From: a virus
Strand: one strand, 5' to 3'
Length of the DNA stretch: 64,000 nt
Virus record (IMG/VR): IMGVR_UViG_3300034283_002790
Coordinates: 123,385-187,384 of that record
The position numbers and the translations under genes were made by a program. Shown here piece by piece: positions 35,024 through 44,240 of the stretch; position 1 is the first letter of the stretch; each line of letters opens with the position of its first letter. The notes under the pieces are model-generated. The model worked only from the letters and a program-made list of their open reading frames with translations, was not told where the DNA came from and did not search any database.

Positions 35024-35220
35024 TAATTTTTATTTTCCAATTTATTAATTTTTTTGGTAAGAATATTTTCATGAGTGTCAAACTTACCAAGATTATAAGT
35101 GATCGTAATTAGATCTTTGAACAAAAATTCAATAATTAACTCATTTTTATCATTGGTGTACATTTCTTGAATTTCTCCAATTCCGTTTGGGGTTAAAACT
35201 TTGACTTTAGATTTATTCAT
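35023..35220 (-). CDS. Hypothetical protein
   Basis: 65 aa; coupled to its neighbours. Confidence 0.55.
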   Translation of the reverse strand: MNKSKVKVLTPNGIGEIQEMYTNDKNELIIEFLFKDLITITYNLGKFDTHENILTKKINKLENKN

Positions 35221-35230
35221 AGATGAAGAA

Positions 35231-35536
35231 TCAGATGTAATATTTTATCTGGTTATTTTCGATTTCTATTTCGAAAATACCATCGTTTTCTAAAATTTTT
35301 TCTAACTCTTCGTTGTTGAAGGTGACTTGTTCTGGATGTAGAAAAATTTTAAATGCCCTGTTTTGTTTCAATTGATTGTTTTTAATTAAATCCAGGACCG
35401 GTTGATTTTCACAAGAAACTTTAGATGGGTATTGTCCATTAACTGTAATAATGACTTCATCGCCAAGTTTAATTTCATCACCTGAAACCACATAAGGTTT
35501 TTCATCAAGGATTATTAATTTTACTCTTTCTTTCAT
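35231..35536 (-). CDS. Hypothetical protein
   Basis: 101 aa ORF. Confidence 0.6.
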   Translation of the reverse strand: MKERVKLIILDEKPYVVSGDEIKLGDEVIITVNGQYPSKVSCENQPVLDLIKNNQLKQNRAFKIFLHPEQVTFNNEELEKILENDGIFEIEIENNQIKYYI

Positions 35537-35953
35537 AAAGTATTTTATTTAAAAATATGATAAAATAATTAAAAAAGAAGGATTAATTCAACTTAAAATT
35601 ATTTATAATTTCGAAATTTGTAGTGTCTATTTTTGAATTTGGCAAAGATCCGTAAGCATCACAATTAGTTTTTTTTGTGGTTTTACATGAAGATAACACC
35701 AACACAAAAATTATTAAAATTAATTTTTTCATATTTTTTTATTTTAATTTATCCCAGTCATCTCTACTGGTAGCAACTGTAATATTGTCAATTGTAAAAA
35801 AAACCTCATCTTTAAAGATTCTAATATTTTTAACTTTTTTCAAATCCAGTTTAATCTTCGTATAATAAGTACTTTCATTTGCAAATCTTACGTAAAGTTC
35901 TTTTTTATCCATCTGAATTAACTTAAAAAATGATTTAGTTTTTGAATTCTGTT

Positions 35954-36862
35954 TTAGAATAAAGGTGTTGATCCTGGTTCTTCAAATTGAATATTTAAAG
36001 GAATTGTTACTGGTTGATCAACAGAGGGTATACTAACATGCTTAGCCATTTGTTTTAACTCTACCTTTGAAAAAAATTTCCAATTTTCTGGACTATTTTG
36101 GATGTCAGTATAAATTAAGGACAAAATATTATGAGGAATATTTGTCTGAAATGTGTCGACTTGTCTATCTTCATTATCAAAAACTTTAAAAAGATATCGA
36201 TGTTTATTTACATCAAAAACATCAAGAAGTCCCATGATCTCATAAAAAAACCCATATTTTTCATTTGTATTTTTATTTATAACATAGATTAAAACTCCTT
36301 TTGAAGAATGGTCATAAAAATAGTCTGGAGAATTAATCATAGATGTGCACCATTTAGTTTGATATCCGTAAGTACAAGATGCTAAATAAGTCAATGGTTT
36401 GAAAACCAAATAACATGAATCTTCATAAATAATTTTTATTTCTTTCTTTGCTTTTTTTAAGTTGTCTTTGTTGAGTGCCAAATATACTTGATTTTCAACC
36501 ATTTCCCAGGAGTCGTAAGTTGAGATGTCTTTGATTTCTACAAGCCCTCTTTCCATTAATTCACAGAAAGTCATATACAATTTAATTTTTTGATATCCAA
36601 TAAAATTTTCAACGACAAGTTTATGTGTGAGAAATCCCTCAAAAGAATTTCTATCAACTAATGTATCCATTTTTTCATCATTGTCTAAACCATTTTTCCT
36701 GTATTGTTGTGTCAGGTGAAGATCATTCTGAATTAGTTCTTTAAACATTTTAACCAAAAACTGGGTGTATTTTTTTGTCTTACTAATATCATAATATTGT
36801 AACATGTCGATAAGCGACAAATCCAAATTTTTATTTTCTAATTTGACTTTTTTTAATCCCAT
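35954..36862 (-). CDS. Hypothetical protein sharing a PcfJ-like domain with 52303..54168
   Basis: DISTY...LVFKPLTYLASCTYG...KWCTS...LIYVINK. Confidence 0.65.
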   Translation of the reverse strand: MGLKKVKLENKNLDLSLIDMLQYYDISKTKKYTQFLVKMFKELIQNDLHLTQQYRKNGLDNDEKMDTLVDRNSFEGFLTHKLVVENFIGYQKIKLYMTFCELMERGLVEIKDISTYDSWEMVENQVYLALNKDNLKKAKKEIKIIYEDSCYLVFKPLTYLASCTYGYQTKWCTSMINSPDYFYDHSSKGVLIYVINKNTNEKYGFFYEIMGLLDVFDVNKHRYLFKVFDNEDRQVDTFQTNIPHNILSLIYTDIQNSPENWKFFSKVELKQMAKHVSIPSVDQPVTIPLNIQFEEPGSTPLF

Positions 36863-36867
36863 AAATT

Positions 36868-37068
36868 TTAATTTTTATTATTTTTTTTATAACTCTTCCT
36901 CAATTCTTCTTTTAAACCTCTTAACAATCCTTTTTTATATGCAATATAATCTTCTTCATATTTATATGGCCAAGCAACTAAGTATGTGTCTTTTTCACTT
37001 TTTGGATAAGTAAAAAAATCTTTTTTCAATTTCTTTTTTGTCTTTCTTGGTAATCTAAATTTTTTCAT
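36868..37068 (-). CDS. Small basic protein
   Basis: KFRLPRKTKKKLKK. Confidence 0.55.
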   Translation of the reverse strand: MKKFRLPRKTKKKLKKDFFTYPKSEKDTYLVAWPYKYEEDYIAYKKGLLRGLKEELRKSYKKNNKN

Positions 37069-37073
37069 TTTTA

Positions 37074-37607
37074 TTATTTTTTATGTTCGTCATTATCTTC
37101 TTCAGAATATTCTTTCTTCATTGACCTTGGTTCAACAAAATCCCACTTGGTATTTTCAAACTCCTGAATCCATTCACTAACATCTTCTCTTGTCCAATGT
37201 GGAGCGAAAGAAGGACGATACTTAAATGGTAAATTTTTACTTTTGTCCCACTCATCAAGTCGTTGTGTTACATCTTCAATAAGATTTTTAGTCTTAGTGT
37301 GTTTAATCCACTCCCTATAATCATCTTCTGATTTGATATACATAACATCACCATAATTGTAGAACTCCATTTCAGGAAATTCTAAATTTGGGTTATTTGT
37401 ATAAACATCAACAATTCCATTGTCGCCGTAATAAGAATCACAAAGTTCTTTTAATGAATATAAACTGGATGGTCTTTCTTCCCAAACACTACCAAACTGA
37501 CGGACAGAACAGATATACAAATATCCATCTTCATATGAATAAATAAGTCCTTCAATTTTATTTCTTAAAGAAATAAGTTCGTCCATTGTTAGTTTAGTTA
37601 AATCCAT
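37074..37607 (-). CDS. Hypothetical protein
   Basis: 177 aa ORF. Confidence 0.65.
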   Translation of the reverse strand: MDLTKLTMDELISLRNKIEGLIYSYEDGYLYICSVRQFGSVWEERPSSLYSLKELCDSYYGDNGIVDVYTNNPNLEFPEMEFYNYGDVMYIKSEDDYREWIKHTKTKNLIEDVTQRLDEWDKSKNLPFKYRPSFAPHWTREDVSEWIQEFENTKWDFVEPRSMKKEYSEEDNDEHKK

Positions 37608-37610
37608 TTT

Positions 37611-38024
37611 TTATATTTTTTCTATTGTATAATCCCACTCAAGTCTAACACAATTTTGTTTCAAACGATTGATGTGTCGGTAGTTATTAATATAACCCAT
37701 CATATTCCCACTTCCAATTGCGTTGTGTGAATGAACCACAACATCAACAACACGTTTTCCATTCATCCACTCATTAACCAACCACTTAACACAATCCATA
37801 CCGGTCTTTTCGGTGATGTTATCGTAGTTGATTGTGTAATTTGTATAAACATTTTTTTTCCATTCATCAATTGCACTAGCACCCAAGTCGTGATCCAAAG
37901 AGATAAGTTCAATATTTTCTAAACCGATCTCATTTATTTTTTCAACAAACTCGTCGTAAGATCGAACTACAATCCAATCATTATCAACCGGTGTTCTAAC
38001 GTCATCTAAATATATTTTTTTCAT
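37611..38024 (-). CDS. Cyclic-phosphate-processing receiver (cREC) domain protein
   Basis: IYLDDVRTP...SYDEF...ISLDHDLG...TGMDCVKWL...VHSHNAIG. Confidence 0.8.
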   Translation of the reverse strand: MKKIYLDDVRTPVDNDWIVVRSYDEFVEKINEIGLENIELISLDHDLGASAIDEWKKNVYTNYTINYDNITEKTGMDCVKWLVNEWMNGKRVVDVVVHSHNAIGSGNMMGYINNYRHINRLKQNCVRLEWDYTIEKI

Positions 38025-38335
38025 TTTATTTTGTTTGTGTATTTTCTAATTAACTTGAATATCTCTGCAATATCTGTAAAGTCAGATGGTGGTGAGTCAT
38101 TTCTTCCTGGAAGAAACATCACAGTAAACCCGTGATTTGCTGCAAACCTTTCAGTTACTCTTATACCACAGATTTCGTCGATATAAACCCAAGGAAAGTT
38201 TCCTGATAGTTTCACATCAATTCCAATTTTTTTTAATCTTTCAATAAACACTCCGAGTTTATCTGTACTTATTTTTGTACTGTTTCTTGTTTCCATTGTA
38301 TATGTTCCAAATTTAGTTTTTACTTCTCCCTTCAT
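38021..38335 (-). CDS. Hypothetical protein
   Basis: 104 aa; ATGA coupling. Confidence 0.6.
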   Translation of the reverse strand: MKGEVKTKFGTYTMETRNSTKISTDKLGVFIERLKKIGIDVKLSGNFPWVYIDEICGIRVTERFAANHGFTVMFLPGRNDSPPSDFTDIAEIFKLIRKYTNKIK

Positions 38336-38541
38336 GATTTAATTACTTCGTCTCTAAAATAAACATCACTAATTACCATTCCGTCAATATTCTTACCATT
38401 ACCAAGATGAATATAATTACCTTCAATTTTGGTAATCATACCATAATCTTCCACCAATCCTGTAATTCTATTAACCACCTTAACATAGTCACCTACTTTG
38501 ATGTCCCTTCCGTTTTTATCTCTTGTCATTTCTACTTCCAT
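38332..38541 (-). CDS. Small SH3/KOW-like beta-barrel protein
   Basis: DKNGRDIKVGDYVKV. Confidence 0.5.
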   Translation of the reverse strand: MEVEMTRDKNGRDIKVGDYVKVVNRITGLVEDYGMITKIEGNYIHLGNGKNIDGMVISDVYFRDEVIKS

Positions 38542-38698
38542 AACACTCCAATTTTTTATCAGTTACATTCCACAAATCTTTTTTTCCTTCCGTCATATGA
38601 CAGTTGTGTTTCTTTCCGGTTCTTTTACCGAACTCCACAATCATATCGTTATGACGATTACGAATAAGATGGGGACATTCTTTGCAAGGTTTTTTCAC
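38516..38698 (-). CDS. Small Cys-rich (Zn-binding-like) protein
   Basis: PCKECP...HNCH...C. Confidence 0.6.
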   Translation of the reverse strand: MKKPCKECPHLIRNRHNDMIVEFGKRTGKKHNCHMTEGKKDLWNVTDKKLECYGSRNDKR

Positions 38699-38702
38699 CC
38701 TA

Positions 38703-38734
38703 CAAAGTTAAGAAATGTTTTTTAATAAAACAAA
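38703..38734 (-). promoter_or_regulatory. Bacteroidota sigma-A type promoter
   Basis: TTTG, N20, TAACTTTG. Confidence 0.75.
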
Positions 38735-39100
38735 TTATTTTTTGATTGGTACGGTGTCTACAATCTCAAGAGTTACAGGAATAATTCCTCTACTAATAAA
38801 GTTAAGTTGTTTTGCAGTACCATAAGATAAATCAATAATAAAGTTAGATGACTTTGGTAGTCTGTCGTTAATTTTTACAAATCTAACGGAATCATTAATA
38901 AGGTTTGTAACTTTAACAATGGTTCCAAATTTAAATGTCTTGTGTGCTGCGGTTAGACTGTCTTTATGAAATCTTTCTCCAGATGCCGTTAATCTACCTG
39001 TGTAGTTTTTACCGTAATAAGATGCGGTTCCTGTGTATATTTTTTTAGATCCGGTAAGACTAAAAAATAAAAATGATAATAATATAACTAGTTTTCCCAT
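38735..39100 (-). CDS. rlpA: RlpA-family (DPBB) lytic transglycosylase
   Basis: GTASYYG...TASGERF...LTAAHKT..FGT.VKVTNL...VKINDR...IIDLS. Confidence 0.9.
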   Translation of the reverse strand: MGKLVILLSFLFFSLTGSKKIYTGTASYYGKNYTGRLTASGERFHKDSLTAAHKTFKFGTIVKVTNLINDSVRFVKINDRLPKSSNFIIDLSYGTAKQLNFISRGIIPVTLEIVDTVPIKK

Positions 39101-39322
39101 TTATATATTATAAAGTAAATACAATAAAAGTAAAGTTTTACCTATTTCTTTTGTATTCATATTAATTCTAATTCTTTTTCATAAAAATACGGACAACACC
39201 ACCTTGGATTGTCGCACATTAATTTTACCATATATCCACTATAACAACCAACTTCTATTACGGTTGCCATTCCAGATAATTTAGTTTTTACTCTGTCTCC
39301 GACTTTAAGATTTTTGAACTCG

Positions 39323-39925
39323 TCACTCATTTTTCAAATATTTAATTATTTTTTCTTTAATACCACATTGTTTGATTCCTTCACTTGATTTTGGCGTTAG
39401 AACAAAATTAGATAGACCAGGATTTTTATCTGATTCACCATCTGAAAAGTATTTTGATAAAAACTCAGAACTCATATTCAAATCGTCAACAGCAACCCAA
39501 TGAGTCACCTCAGGATGATTTTCTAACCAATGATTAATTTCCATACTTCTTTCTAATTCTAAATCGGCACGAAATCTAAATGCATTCCATTCTTTTGGAA
39601 AAATGTCTTGGAATATATCAGTGACGGCAACGGGTCGTTTAATAATACCTTGACTGATGTAGTAGTCACCAAGTTCCTCTAAGGTCGCGTGAAGTCTCCA
39701 ATCAGAACTTACCACAATCTCACATCCCGTTTGTTCAATAATTTCATTAAGGATCTTAATCGCTTTTTTATCAAAGTCATCAAATCTTACAGATACAGGA
39801 GCGTCTTTTTTCTCATTACTACTGTCAGGATTTGCACTTCGGTATTTCGCCCATTTCTTTGTTCGTCCACCCCAATTGTTTGAGAGACATATGACCCCAT
39901 CATGATCTAAAAATATTACTTTCAT
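39323..39925 (-). CDS. HAD-superfamily phosphatase of the Swiss-Army-Knife RNA-repair type
   Basis: KVIFLDHDGV, VVSSDWR, WVAVDD. Confidence 0.8.
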   Translation of the reverse strand: MKVIFLDHDGVICLSNNWGGRTKKWAKYRSANPDSSNEKKDAPVSVRFDDFDKKAIKILNEIIEQTGCEIVVSSDWRLHATLEELGDYYISQGIIKRPVAVTDIFQDIFPKEWNAFRFRADLELERSMEINHWLENHPEVTHWVAVDDLNMSSEFLSKYFSDGESDKNPGLSNFVLTPKSSEGIKQCGIKEKIIKYLKNE

Positions 39926-40479
39926 ATGACCCTTTTCAAATTCTTAATAATATTGTTTTTGGCTTTAAAAAAATTAGATTTAGAGGTTCCTTCGGAAATT
40001 CCTAACTCTTGAGCAATTTCTTTATGGGATTTTTCCTCGATTACAAATTTTTCAAATGAAATTTTTTGAGAATATGACAACATTTCGACAGCAATCATTA
40101 ACTGGTCTTTAGTAAACTTATCTTTGAATAAAAAATCTTCTTCATTATCAAGTTCAGTTTGGGAAAACTGGTCATGATACAAAGGATTATACTCGATTTT
40201 TCCATTATTTTTTGGTGATCTGAAATAATCTATTATTGTATTTTTTACAATTGTTTTGATCCAGGTAAAAATTATCAAATCTTTGGTTTTTTCACATGTT
40301 GTTGAGCATTTTAAAGTTTCCATTTTAATAAATGCCTTTAAAAAACCTTCCTGACAGAGATCTTTACCAAGATCGTAATCAAGTTTCATATCATTACAGA
40401 TTAATCTGTGGACTGTATCAAAAAATTTGTATACATCATCATAATTAACTTCAAGTGTTTTTTCTTTGATAGTGTTCAT
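39922..40479 (-). CDS. Phage-encoded ECF-type sigma-70 factor
   Basis: KDLCQEGFLKAF...WIKTIVKNTIIDYFR (region 2); SHKEIAQELGISEGTSKS (region 4). Confidence 0.9.
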   Translation of the reverse strand: MNTIKEKTLEVNYDDVYKFFDTVHRLICNDMKLDYDLGKDLCQEGFLKAFIKMETLKCSTTCEKTKDLIIFTWIKTIVKNTIIDYFRSPKNNGKIEYNPLYHDQFSQTELDNEEDFLFKDKFTKDQLMIAVEMLSYSQKISFEKFVIEEKSHKEIAQELGISEGTSKSNFFKAKNNIIKNLKRVI

Positions 40480-40496
40480 AAATTAAAAATTGGTTA

Positions 40497-40527
40497 CAAA
40501 TGTAATTAAATTTTTTTATAAAACAAA
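40497..40527 (-). promoter_or_regulatory. Bacteroidota sigma-A type promoter for the sigma factor gene
   Basis: TTTG, N19, TACATTTG. Confidence 0.75.
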
Positions 40528-40550
40528 AAAAAGGGAAAATAAATTTTCCC
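40525..40550 (-). terminator. Intrinsic terminator abutting the sigma-gene promoter
   Basis: GGGAAAAT/ATTTTCCC stem plus a T tract on the minus strand. Confidence 0.55.
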
Positions 40551-40607
40551 GATTTTAGGTCGACCTTTGGGTCCGACTCCACCACCTTGTTTAATAAAAC
40601 AAGGAAA

Positions 40608-41102
40608 CTAACTAAAGTCTGTCGATGATGATATCCTCAGATTATCAATATAAATGTCGTGATATCTATAACTATCTAACCATGAAACTTTACTGGACGG
40701 ATTCTCTTCATAATAAGTTTGAGTGTCCCACCCATCATCTTTACACCAATCAAGTGCCATTTCAATAAATTCATTAGGATCAATTTCTTCACCATATTCA
40801 TTAATGATACGACCAGATTTGATAAAATCGAACAGTTCTTCTTTATTTGTGTAATATTTTTTATCGTGAAAGTTCCATAAAAACTTCCAACCCATACTTC
40901 TTTTACCTAAATGAATTTCAAGACCATCAATAAACTCATCCCATGGGGTTACATATTCTAAAGTATTAGAGTTTTTATCAATCGAAAATCTTTTGAAGAT
41001 AGACTCTGCAGTTACATTAATTTGACGTATTCTAGTTAATAATAAATTTTTTTTAACCTCCATATCCTTCACCGAAGGGATTCTGTAAAAATTAGTACCC
41101 AT
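40608..41102 (-). CDS. Hypothetical protein
   Basis: MGTNFY...IHLGKRSMGWKFLW. Confidence 0.7.
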   Translation of the reverse strand: MGTNFYRIPSVKDMEVKKNLLLTRIRQINVTAESIFKRFSIDKNSNTLEYVTPWDEFIDGLEIHLGKRSMGWKFLWNFHDKKYYTNKEELFDFIKSGRIINEYGEEIDPNEFIEMALDWCKDDGWDTQTYYEENPSSKVSWLDSYRYHDIYIDNLRISSSTDFS

Positions 41103-41104
41103 AA

Positions 41105-41563
41105 TTATATTTTTTCAATCCACAAATAATAGTTAGTAAAATTTGTATTTCCAGGAGTAATACAATGAAAAGGCACTCCAGGTATATTTCCATAATTGAT
41201 CATAGATTCTGTAACTGTGCCAGAGATATCTCCCCATAAAAAAGAATATATACTCAAATTCAAAGTTGACATAGTGGGATAAAGATGATATGAATTTGTG
41301 TACCCTAAATAGTCATAGGTGTTGTGATTTATAAAATGAATGGTATCGTTAACATCAATTAGGGTTCCAAATTCACCAACCCTGTACTTTCTTAGAATCC
41401 AGGTTTGATTTGAAATTGATGGTCCATCTCCAACTACCGTTGAATCGTTGTAATCGATTGGGTAACCGTAAGGTGGAGGTGTTGGTTGGGGATTATTTTT
41501 TTGACAAGCAAATAAAATAAAACCAATTAAAATTAAGATTAAACTATTTTTCATTGTTTTCAA
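41105..41563 (-). CDS. Predicted lipoprotein
   Basis: Signal peptide with lipobox ILFAC. Confidence 0.7.
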   Translation of the reverse strand: MKTMKNSLILILIGFILFACQKNNPQPTPPPYGYPIDYNDSTVVGDGPSISNQTWILRKYRVGEFGTLIDVNDTIHFINHNTYDYLGYTNSYHLYPTMSTLNLSIYSFLWGDISGTVTESMINYGNIPGVPFHCITPGNTNFTNYYLWIEKI

Positions 41564-41870
41564 TTGTTACAAATGCTTCTATTTTACTTCTTACTTGATC
41601 TTTGGTTGATATCATCTCCGTAGATGTTAAAACAACAGAATCTTTTAATATAATATACGGGATATGGATCAAAAAAGTTTCCCCATTGAAATAAGATAAA
41701 TCACTTTGTAGTTCTAAAGATGCGTTTACTAACTTCAGAAACAACTTGAATTGCACTCTATCAACAAATGAATCGTTAAGTAATTCTCCCATTTGTTGAT
41801 TGATGATCCTGATTTTAAAACATTCTTTTTTCATAAATAAAATTATCAGTTTGTTTGTAATTAAGAACAA
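41544..41870 (-). CDS. Hypothetical protein (likely start MKKECFK); host-type promoter at 41868-41898
   Basis: TTTG, N19, TACCTTTG overlaps the track start. Confidence 0.6.
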   Translation of the reverse strand: MFLITNKLIILFMKKECFKIRIINQQMGELLNDSFVDRVQFKLFLKLVNASLELQSDLSYFNGETFLIHIPYIILKDSVVLTSTEMISTKDQVRSKIEAFVTIENNEK

Positions 41871-41900
41871 AGGTATAAATAATTCTTTGATTCACAAAAT

Positions 41901-42302
41901 TTAATTTAATTTTTTTATAATTTTGTAGAGTTGGTCATTTTTTTCAAGTGGTAAATCATCAAATGAAAAATAATTACAAACCAAATGTTCATCACCATCT
42001 TTCGCATTTCTAAGATCCGGATTAATTTCATCATCAGAATCATAAAAGTAAACATACATCAGACCTTTCATTTCATCTTCATTATTTGTGTGTTCAATAA
42101 AACCAACCAAATTCAATCTACCATCAATTTTGTAATTGGTCTCTTCGAAAAATTCTCTTCTAGCACACTCTTCTGGAGTTTCGTTATCTTCCATGTGACC
42201 ACCAGGTACGGACCAGACTCCAGGAAGATTACCCTCGTAATTTCTTTTACATAGTAGATATTTGTCTTCATTTCTAACAATAATCCCTGAGTATCTTTTC
42301 AT
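41901..42302 (-). CDS. NUDIX hydrolase
   Basis: PGGHMEDNETPEECARREFFEETN Nudix box. Confidence 0.92.
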   Translation of the reverse strand: MKRYSGIIVRNEDKYLLCKRNYEGNLPGVWSVPGGHMEDNETPEECARREFFEETNYKIDGRLNLVGFIEHTNNEDEMKGLMYVYFYDSDDEINPDLRNAKDGDEHLVCNYFSFDDLPLEKNDQLYKIIKKLN

Positions 42303-42330
42303 TTAATATTATTTTTTTATATTTATAAGT

Positions 42331-42708
42331 ATGGAAGTAATAATAAATAATAATTCTTACAATGTCAAATGCATGATGACAGACAAGGACATTAAAGAAG
42401 GTATGCAACTCAAGAAATTCGATTCAACTTTTGATGGTATGATGTTTATGATGGGTTATGGTAATCACAGTTTTTGGATGTATAATTGTGTGATACCATT
42501 GGACATAATCTATATTAGCCATTCATCTAATTCAAGTAATAGACATGTTATTTCAAAAATTTACTCAAATTGTCCTCCATGTCGAGAAGAAAATCCAAGT
42601 GAATGTATAAATTATCCTGGTACCGGGGATATTGTTTTAGAAATACCTGGTGGTGACTGTTTAAAATACGACATTAGAGTTGGTGATTCTGTCTTGATTG
42701 AAGAATAA
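42331..42708 (+). CDS. DUF192 family protein
   Basis: EGMQ...GMMF...FWMYNCVIPLDIIYI...VLEIPGG; TATTTAT at 42320-42326. Confidence 0.8.
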   Translation: MEVIINNNSYNVKCMMTDKDIKEGMQLKKFDSTFDGMMFMMGYGNHSFWMYNCVIPLDIIYISHSSNSSNRHVISKIYSNCPPCREENPSECINYPGTGDIVLEIPGGDCLKYDIRVGDSVLIEE

Positions 42709-43104
42709 TCAACCGAAAGTTGATATAAGTTGAGCCAATTTGTAACCGGCAAATGCTCCTGCGGCTGCTGATCCTGGTAAAACTATAAATTTTCCAAGTA
42801 GGGTCTCATATTTTTGTCTATTCACAATGTAAGAAATGAAAATGTAGTATAGTATAAAATTAAATAGTACCAGTAAGTCCATTTCTTTCGAAGCGAACAC
42901 GACAATTGAATTCCCTAGAAATCCCCAGGAGAAATTTATAAGAGTTTCTCTCATCAACTCTTTGGGTGTTGTTAAAGCATCCCAGATAGTTATCTCTTTA
43001 TTGATTCCGGTTTTTTTCTTCAATTGTTTCGATGTGGTGTTGGAGGTACCATAATGCCTTTCTGAGGTCTTCAAGTTCTTTGTCTTTTCCTTTTTTTCCT
43101 GCAC
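42709..43104 (-). CDS. Small membrane protein (start uncertain)
   Basis: Hydrophobic C-terminal two thirds. Confidence 0.5.
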   Translation of the reverse strand: MQEKKEKTKNLKTSERHYGTSNTTSKQLKKKTGINKEITIWDALTTPKELMRETLINFSWGFLGNSIVVFASKEMDLLVLFNFILYYIFISYIVNRQKYETLLGKFIVLPGSAAAGAFAGYKLAQLISTFG

Positions 43105-43240
43105 GTGATATATATTTTACTGTGTTTCCTAAACTAAATCCTAAATCCCAAGCATCAATAACTTTGATTGCCTCGTATTCATTATTTTTACCAGATTGAT
43201 AGTGATCAGGGTGATTGACCATCTCTTTTTCTTCAAACAT
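42998..43240 (-). CDS. DUF3310 (T7 gp1.7-like nucleotide kinase-associated domain)
   Basis: VNHPDHY...EAIKVI...FSLGNTVKYISRAGKK...EDLRKALWYL. Confidence 0.85.
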   Translation of the reverse strand: MFEEKEMVNHPDHYQSGKNNEYEAIKVIDAWDLGFSLGNTVKYISRAGKKGKDKELEDLRKALWYLQHHIETIEEKNRNQ

Positions 43241-43410
43241 TCTACTATTTTAATTTTTCTTCTTTGGTTTTTTTACTTTTTTTAACCGTTTTTTTTTCTT
43301 CATTTACAGAATCATCTTCAATCAAAATTTTAATAATTTCTGGAAATAGTTGATCAGCCCCAACACCCAAATTCACTTCAATAATTTTTTTATTTTTCAT
43401 TTTTTGTATT

Positions 43411-44199
43411 TTAATCAATTGATATATTTAAATTATCTTCTTTTTGTTTTTCAAAAAGGATGGTCTGTAAAATGTAAGACATCACCTTTCTTTTGAATAT
43501 TGGTAACAAAGTTTCCTCAATTGGTAAAACTCCTTTAGATTTCATTTCAAAAATTGGTGAATCTTTTTTTAATTTTGGGTTTTTTTCAAAAATATTAAGA
43601 AAAATTTTTGGTATGGTCAAATCGTTAGTAAGGTCCTTGAACAATAATTTTGTTGTGGTTTTGGTTTCGGTTGATGTTTTGCTTACTTTTTTAATGTTAT
43701 ATTTCCAGATGTAAATCATGTTTGTTTCTAAATTCCTATAAAAAAAGAATCCGTCGTTGGATCTGATAAATTTTTTATTTTTTTTCAATTTAACATCCAC
43801 TGAGTCAAAAATAGCACTCCAAATAGATTTTGCAATTTCGAAATATTCTGTGATCATTGGTGAGGAATATTGTAAAATTTTGTTAAGTTCGGAAAATTCA
43901 ACTGGTGTAAGATCTGGTAAATTCTTAATTTTCAAATCCTTTAAAAGAAGTTCGTCATCTATTGATGTGAATTTTTTATCGGTATAAATAATTTTTCTTT
44001 GTTTATATAATGTTTGAATATTAATTAGATGTAATGATAGTTCTATAAATCCAGGATAAAGTTCAAGATTATCCAATTTCTCCCCCATTTTTTGAAAGTA
44101 AGAAAGTAATTTATATTCTTTGTGTTCAGAATCTATTGGTTTTTCAAACATCCAATCTGTAGGTAATAAAAAATCGATTTTTCCTTGTTTTGACATCAC
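43411..44199 (-). CDS. Hypothetical protein
   Basis: 262 aa ORF. Confidence 0.7.
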   Translation of the reverse strand: MMSKQGKIDFLLPTDWMFEKPIDSEHKEYKLLSYFQKMGEKLDNLELYPGFIELSLHLINIQTLYKQRKIIYTDKKFTSIDDELLLKDLKIKNLPDLTPVEFSELNKILQYSSPMITEYFEIAKSIWSAIFDSVDVKLKKNKKFIRSNDGFFFYRNLETNMIYIWKYNIKKVSKTSTETKTTTKLLFKDLTNDLTIPKIFLNIFEKNPKLKKDSPIFEMKSKGVLPIEETLLPIFKRKVMSYILQTILFEKQKEDNLNISID

Positions 44200-44240
44200 T
44201 TCCTAAAATATAACTAAAATAATTTATATTTTAAAGCATT

